Shown here piece after piece: positions 57,650 to 64,000 of a stretch of DNA of 64,000 nt. Numbering within the stretch: the stretch's first letter is position 1; each line of letters starts with the position of its first letter. Source of the stretch: Octopus vulgaris (lineage: Eukaryota); contig OX597824.1 in the NCBI GenBank assembly GCA_951406725.2, positions 55,924,001-55,988,000 on the forward strand. The letters are read 5' to 3'. The notes beneath the pieces were generated by a model. It had not been told where the DNA came from. It saw only the letters and a list, made by a program, of their open reading frames with translations, and made no database searches. Position numbers and translations under genes: made by a program.

Positions 57650-60600
57650 AGCCTTTGACTAATTACAGTAGAGAATATCAGGTAGCCAGAAGGGCAGCAA
57701 AAAGAATCGCAGAAGATAAGAAGTCTTCCAATGTCTTACAGTATGAGGATCAGAGATGTGAGGTGCAAAGCAGTGTTATCAGAGGTGGGTGGGTGAGAAA
57801 TTTGTGCGAATGGATAATGATATATTTGTGCTTAGTGACTCAGAGAAGAAAGATGCATGAAGATGCTATTATGAAAGTTTATTAAACGTGGAGAATAATT
57901 CAAATATTGAATCAATTGAGGGACCAGCTATCAGAGTTGAAGGTAGTATAATAGATATGGCAATTATGGATATAAAAACTGGGAAAGCCCTGGACCATTT
58001 CAAGCATACCATTATCCATTTGCACACATTTCTCACCTGCCACATCTCTATTCTCTCTGATAACACTGCAAGGTCATCAGTATATAGTAGTTCCCACGGG
58101 CACCCCATTTTGAATTCCTCTGTTACGGCCTGGAGGACTATGATAAATAATAGTGGACTGAGAATGGAACCCTTGTGGACCCTACTTGTGTGTTAAATTC
58201 ATCACTGTATTCCTGGCTGACTCTCACTCTACTGACACTGTACATGGCTTGTACAGATCTAACAAGCCACTCATCTACTCCTAACATCCGTAGAGATCAC
58301 CAGATAACAGAACAAGGAACTCTGTCAAAAGCTTTCTCCAAGTACAATGGCTTACTCTTTCCTTCTCTCCCCTCTCACATGGCACCATGAAGCCTTCCTT
58401 TTCCTGTTTCTCATACATATTATTCTTTTTTGAATTGACCATTGCTCAAGTCATTAGCTTCTTTTTTTGTTCTGGCTTAGTGTAATTTTAAAATTCTTTT
58501 CCTCAAGGCTGAAAGCAGTATTACATGCAACTGTTAAGTCACTGACTTTATATTTTTCTGTTACTGTCCTTGTCTATATGCCTGTTCCATTTTTTACCTG
58601 TTCTCCTTATAACTTGTTTTTATTTACCACTTGGTTTTTAAGCATTATCTTTTTTCTGTTACTTGTCTCAACTTTTTTTATAACCTTGTTTATCTGTCAT
58701 GTCCATTCATCTATCCTGCAACAACTTATGATACTGACACCACAGATTTGGCCATTTTTGAAATAGGTACATATGTCTGTTGGACTAATAATGAATCAAA
58801 AACAATCCAGGAAAATACAAAAATAGACTTGGTTAGCCCAAGAAAATAGAGTGGACATCATCATCATCATCATCATGATGTCTGTTTTTCCATGCTGGCA
58901 TGGGTTGGATCGTTTGACAGAATCTGGTAAGCTACAAGACTGTACCATGCTTCAGTGTCAGCTAGGTATAGTTTTGGTGGCTGGATGTCTTTCCTAACAC
59001 CAACAACTTACAGAATATACTGGTTGGCTTTTTCATGCCACCAGCTCTAGTGAGGTTGCTGTGTAAACTTGCAAGACAGGAAAAGAAAGAGGAAAAGATT
59101 CTGTATCTTGCTGCAGAGGAGATACATGACTGAAAGAGATAAAAGGAAGGTGGTAACGGAGTGCTAGAGCAAACTCTCAAGGTACAAGAGGGTGAGCGTA
59201 AAAGAGGATACAGGCAGTGAATGAGAGGGTATGAGGGAGTGAATACTTTCATGAGAGCATGAAAGGGAAGTAACAGATGATTAAAGATGGAGGTAGAGGT
59301 GAACATAGTGAGTGATGAACAAGGGTGGTGGTGTGGTTGAAAGGAAAGACCAGTATAGAGAGGGGTATAGTGAAGACATAAGAATGGCTCAGGAAAGAGA
59401 GTAGCTCAAAAAGTAGTCAGATAATGTACAATGTATTGGAGCAGTGGGGAGAGGAGAGATATAGAGGTACATAAAGTAAGTTGGGCATGATGATAGATAT
59501 GTGAATAATAGCAGATAAAAAGTGTTAAAAGTGGAGGAGGGAGAGAACAGTGGCTGAAGGTGATTGGTAGAAATTGTGTGGGTAAAGATGATAAGGAATA
59601 GAAGTGGTTCCAGGATGGGTTGAGAAGGTTACCAGGTGGGAGGGGATGTAATATGTGCTGATTCTGCTCTCAGGGGACTACAGCAGCTAAGTACTACCAT
59701 AGATAGAGTATGAGGATTGGGAGAAATGCTTGATGAGGCAGAGAGAAAGGAGTGAGGACAGGGCCCTGCATATACAAGCATACTAAGTGGTTTTAAGGTG
59801 TCATTTTCACTGTAATGGATGAGTCTTCTCAAGCACAGCAAATTACCAATTATCTTGATGCTCTGTTATCTCCTCCATGAGGCTCAGCATCATAAAATCA
59901 GTCTTCAATACTTCATCCTATGTCTTCCCTTTTCCACAATTTCTTTTCACTTTCAGTGAACAGTATTACTTTATGCAACTATCCTTGTCCTTACACATCA
60001 CATACCAAACTAGTGCAGTTTTCTCTCTTGCACACTACATTTGATTTCTCTTATGCTTAACTTTTCCGTCAATATATTGGCACTTTGTCCTACATGCATA
60101 TTGATATTACACATCCAACATTGCATACTGTCTTCATGTGTCCTCTGAACTGAGAACTCCTGTCTCACTACCATGTAGCATTGCTTACAAACACAAGCAT
60201 CATGTAATCTGTTTTTTACTTGGGGGGAGAGAGAGAGAGAGACTTTTTGTTGCCAACAGAAGTAATAGCTCTATGAACTCTCTCCATCTTATTCTTGAAA
60301 TTACACAATTATACTTAAAGAACATCCTTCTCCACTGGTAATTAGGTTGCCTAGATAATAGAAATGTAACTACTGTTTCTAGGGAACCTCCAGAGCATTT
60401 GAGAAAATCAATTTCCCATGGAGCCTTCGTCTTCGACATATGTAGACTATTTTCTCTGTTAGCCTTCCTGTGACTCCTCTGCATCTCTTGTACATTCATA
60501 TTTTGCACTGGATACACCGTATAAAATTTCCTGCTTACAACTTTTCTACATATCAAGCAGAGCCATTTACCTGTAGTGAGTAGTCATATCTATTTTCCTA

Positions 60601-61000
60601 CTTGCTAGAACTTTGGTCTTTACTACGTTAACTTTAAGGCCCTTCAATTCCAAGTTTTGCATCCACACTTGGAATATTTTCTGTAATTCTGTTACAGATT
60701 CTGCTCTGAGAGCAAGATCATCAACATATAGTTGTTCCTAGGGGCAGTCAGTCTCCAATTTCTGTTGTGGCCTGGAGGACAATGATGAAAAGAAGAGGAC
60801 TGAAAATCTTATACACTAAATTCCTCACTCTACTCATGGCTAACTCTCACCTTACTAACAGCACCCCTGCACATGATTTGTATGGCTTTTGCAAGCCATT
60901 TGTCTACCACTGACTTCCTTACAGATCACCATATCACAGAGTGAGAAACTGTTGAAGGCTTTCTTCAGCTCAACACATACCAAGAGCAATGGTTTACTCT
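57650..61000. mobile_element. Degenerate RTE fragments in both orientations
   Basis: Plus-strand IEGPAIRVEGSIIDMAIMDIKTGKA; minus-strand GCPWELLYTDDLA. RTE tail at 58857-59040 and RT remnants at 59880-61000. Confidence 0.7.
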
Positions 61001-61003
61001 TAG

Positions 61004-61685
61004 TTAAATACTAGATATACCCATGATCCATTGGGTCACAACTACTCCAAATTGAAAATGTCTTTGCATGGCAGCAAAAGAAAAAATACTATTTCGAACT
61101 TCACGCGCTAAAATTCTTAAATAACACAGTCCTCCTGCCTTTGGTGTGACAACATAAATACAACCAAGTGTTTCTTCTTTGAAAATGTTCAAATGACTGT
61201 CAACTTTTTCCTTGCTTTCTTTGTTCCAAGTGAAATGCATGGATACTTCAGCATAAATTAATGTTTTTGCAAAGTCATCATTGATGCACAATGAAATGAA
61301 TTCTGTTATTGTTGTTTTCATATGTTGTTCATTGACAGCCATATGTATCCTCATTATTTCTGAGTAATATTCTTTGTTCATCTGGTAGATGAACTTGCAG
61401 TCTCACTATTGCATGTGCTCTTTCATGAATTAAAAATCCTAAAATGGATGTGACTGCTTTAGATGGTCCAATATACCTAACTATTATATATATACTAATT
61501 TCATTATCATTGTTTATTTGAACAGCTTGGTCATTTCCTTTCAACGTGTACTTGATGACATACTTAATTGAGCTCTGTGAAGCAATGATTTCAATGTTGC
61601 AGTGGCATTTGAATGCTCTTAAGTGTTTCATTATATGGTACAACCCATTTGTTATTGTTTGTTTTTCCATTCTTATGAGATTCAA
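61004..61685 (-). mobile_element. Helitron Rep/helicase remnant
   Basis: HCNIEIIASQSSIKYVIKYTLKGNDQA...RYIGPSKA...IVRLQVHLPDEQRI and TLIYAEVSMHFTWNK. Confidence 0.82.
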
Positions 61686-62469
61686 CTCCTCTCATTGTAA
61701 CTGATCTTTATTTATAAAGAGATAGCTCTTTTTTTTCTGCGTTTTGATTACGATGATAAAGACTAATATTTTGAGCAGTTGTATACTGTCAACTTGACGT
61801 GACAGTCCCATAAAGGGAATCACACCACCGCTATTTAGCCCTAGGAAGCATCAATGCTTCCTGTCAACCTTGACACCTCTGCTTTTCAACAGAAAGGCAA
61901 AAAAGGAGAGAGACTGAAACAAAAAGCAGATAGAGAAGAAAAAAATGTATAGGGGTTAACAGTTCAATATGATGAAATGGCCAGAAGGAAGAGGCTGAGT
62001 GACAGGGAAATAATAATAACAGTGACCTGGTTGAACTAGGATGCACGAGCACGTGTCTTTGTGGGAATGGTGTTTGTATTAGCATGTATGTGTGAATGGG
62101 GGTAAGACACACCAGTACATAAATTGCACATCACACCACAAGATGTATGCACTAGGTTACTTACACATACAATGTATGTGTAGGCGAGCTTAGAATTATG
62201 TGTGTATGTGAATAAGTAACCTAGTGCATACATTTTGTGGTGTGATGTGCATTTTATGTACTGGTGTGTGTGTGTGTGTGTGTGTGTGAATAGACGTGTA
62301 CATGTGAGTGGGATTATCATCTATGTGTACAAGTAACCTAATGCATGCATTGTGTGGAGTGATTTGCATTTTGTGTGTGTGTTGTGTGCAGATGCTTGTA
62401 TGTAGCAGTTGATGTGTGCTTGTTTGGGTGGGGTGTGTATGTAAGCACCACTAACAAATATATGCATCT

Positions 62470-62963
62470 GACTGCTTGTGAAGACCCGTTGAGGCAAGTG
62501 AAATCAAAATCAAATTTGATGACTGGCATCTGTGCTTGTGGAGTGCTAAGAGCACCATCCGAGCATGATTGTTGCCAGAGTGGCTAACTGGATTCCGTGC
62601 TGGTGGCACGTAAAAAGCACCATTCGAGCGTGATTGTTACCAGCGTTGCCTTCCTGGCACATGAAAAAACATTCGAGCAAGGTCGTTGCCAGTGCCGCTG
62701 GACTGGCTCCTATGCAAGTGGCACGTAAAAAACACCATTTGAGCATGGCCATTGCCAGTACCGCCTGACTGGCCCTCGTGCCGGTGGCACATAAAAGCAC
62801 CCGCTACACTCTCAGAGTGGTTGGCGTTAAGAAGGGCATCCAGCTATAGAAACTCAGCCGGATCAAGATTGGAGTCTGGTGCAGCCATCTGGTTTGCCAG
62901 TCCTCAGTCAAAATGGTCCAACCCATACTAGCATGGAAAGCAGATGTTAAACGATGATGATGA
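62470..62963 (+). mobile_element. RTE 3' UTR/tail copy with four internal modules
   Basis: Repeated GGCACGTAAAAAGCACC-like modules and a (GAT)n tail. Confidence 0.85.
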
Positions 62964-63039
62964 TATATTGATAGAAATGGTAAGACAACAAAAGAATGAA
63001 AGATATATAAATAGATGTGTGTATTTTTCCCTTCTTAAC

Positions 63040-63940
63040 AATTAACATGGAAAAATAGATAAATAGTTACCAGGCTAGCAAAAAATCACTCAAGTAAAAA
63101 GGTTGTAACTCTTTGTTTTTAAAGGTAGAAACTCCGGGTTTACGTGAAATATTTTGTATAATATATATAAATAAATAAGTGGAGTTAAATGCAGGTGTTA
63201 TTCAAATTCTTTTACTTCCAACACATGTTTCGAAGATATCACTGGTATTATTCCAAAGGAATAAAATGGTGTAAAACAATGTACTGTAAATCTTTGAGTA
63301 TAATCCGCCCTTGAGTATAATATGCAGTGGATTTTTAGGGGGCTGTACCTCTGAAAAACCTAAACCTTGTGTATAATATACACCCCTTCTCTAACTTGAG
63401 TCGTGCATAATTAAACCAGCAGCACTTAGTCGAACAAACACTTCCGCGCATGCATAATACAATAATGGTGATGTTCTTAACTGTTATATGGGAATGTAAA
63501 TATGTTTGCAAATTGTTTTTGTTACATGTTATTCTGTGTTCTGAATACTTTTATTTTAATAAATGTTGCTTACTGCAAGTTATGGACGATTCTTTTCTGA
63601 CTGCATTGCTTTCAGGCTTAGTTTAATGTATTTTTGCACCCGACATCACAAAATGCGTCTGAATAAACATTGCCGGACAGCAAATAGAAACTCAGACATT
63701 GCTTAGAAAATATTTTTCACTTTTAACCTTGTATATAGTACGCACTAGGGATTTTGACCTTTAAATTTTGGGAAAAAATGCGGATTATACTCGAGGATTT
63801 ACGGTAATCTTCTCTTCAGGGAAATGAAGAAATGAAACTCATAAATAAGACATTTTAACAGAAAATGATGGATATGTTTAATGATTAATTGAAGTTTGTT
63901 TTAAAAAACGTTACAGGATATAACGTCAAAGGTAGCCTAG
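63040..63940 (-). mobile_element. Penelope-like terminal-repeat region, paralogous to 28790-29200
   Basis: Shared AAATAGTTACCAGG, AAAGGTAGAA and GCAGGTGTTATTCAAAT. Contains a hammerhead-like motif. Confidence 0.7.
63284..63804. mobile_element. Tc2/pogo-like MITE with TA TSD
   Basis: TA|CTGTAAATCTTTGAGTATAATCCGC ... GCGGATTATACTCGAGGATTTACGG|TA. The empty site ACAATGTAATC is present in the paralog near 29030. Confidence 0.88.
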
Positions 63941-64000
63941 AGGATATTAAAAGATAGTAACCCTTTCACAGAACAACACAGAAGGGCTCAATATATTGTG

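Noticed and set aside
62595-62650. Pistol or twister ribozyme in the RTE 3' UTR
   Set aside because: The first stem and A-rich linker recall pistol, but I could not place P2/P3 or the GU site, and the twister core is absent. Kept only as a generic pseudoknot candidate.

Overview
Eukaryotic, AT-rich, repeat-dominated genomic DNA. The SINE, RTE and R4 repertoire points to a coleoid cephalopod, most likely Octopus (inference from recalled repeat families). The only host gene seen is VPS54 (GARP subunit): three + strand coding exons at 48537-48636, 54853-54995 and 56353-56479 with consistent splice phases. No upstream exon was found, so 1-48536 is probably one large intron. The rest is a layered transposon landscape. 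It includes a ~12 kb (TA)n/(TG)n field (8.3-20.2 kb) with CR1-like LINE 3' fragments, and a near full-length CR1-like LINE (21388-25300, - strand) with a CCCH-finger ORF1 and APE-RT ORF2. Also present are a tRNA-derived SINE sharing that LINE's 3' structure, RTE LINEs with (GAT)n tails, R4/Dong LINEs and a second SINE in (TAA)n tracts, Penelope-like elements with hammerhead-like motifs, a Tx1/L1 containing a Gypsy element, a piggyBac, a Tc1/mariner, a Helitron remnant and several MITEs. The most notable signals are (i) a (TA)n-associated CR1 LINE/SINE pair with a covarying 3' hairpin, (ii) apparent partitioning of retroelements by microsatellite type, (iii) a putative -1 frameshift ORF1/ORF2 overlap, and (iv) hammerhead and pseudoknot RNA motifs. 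Most long ORFs in the supplied track are microsatellite artefacts.
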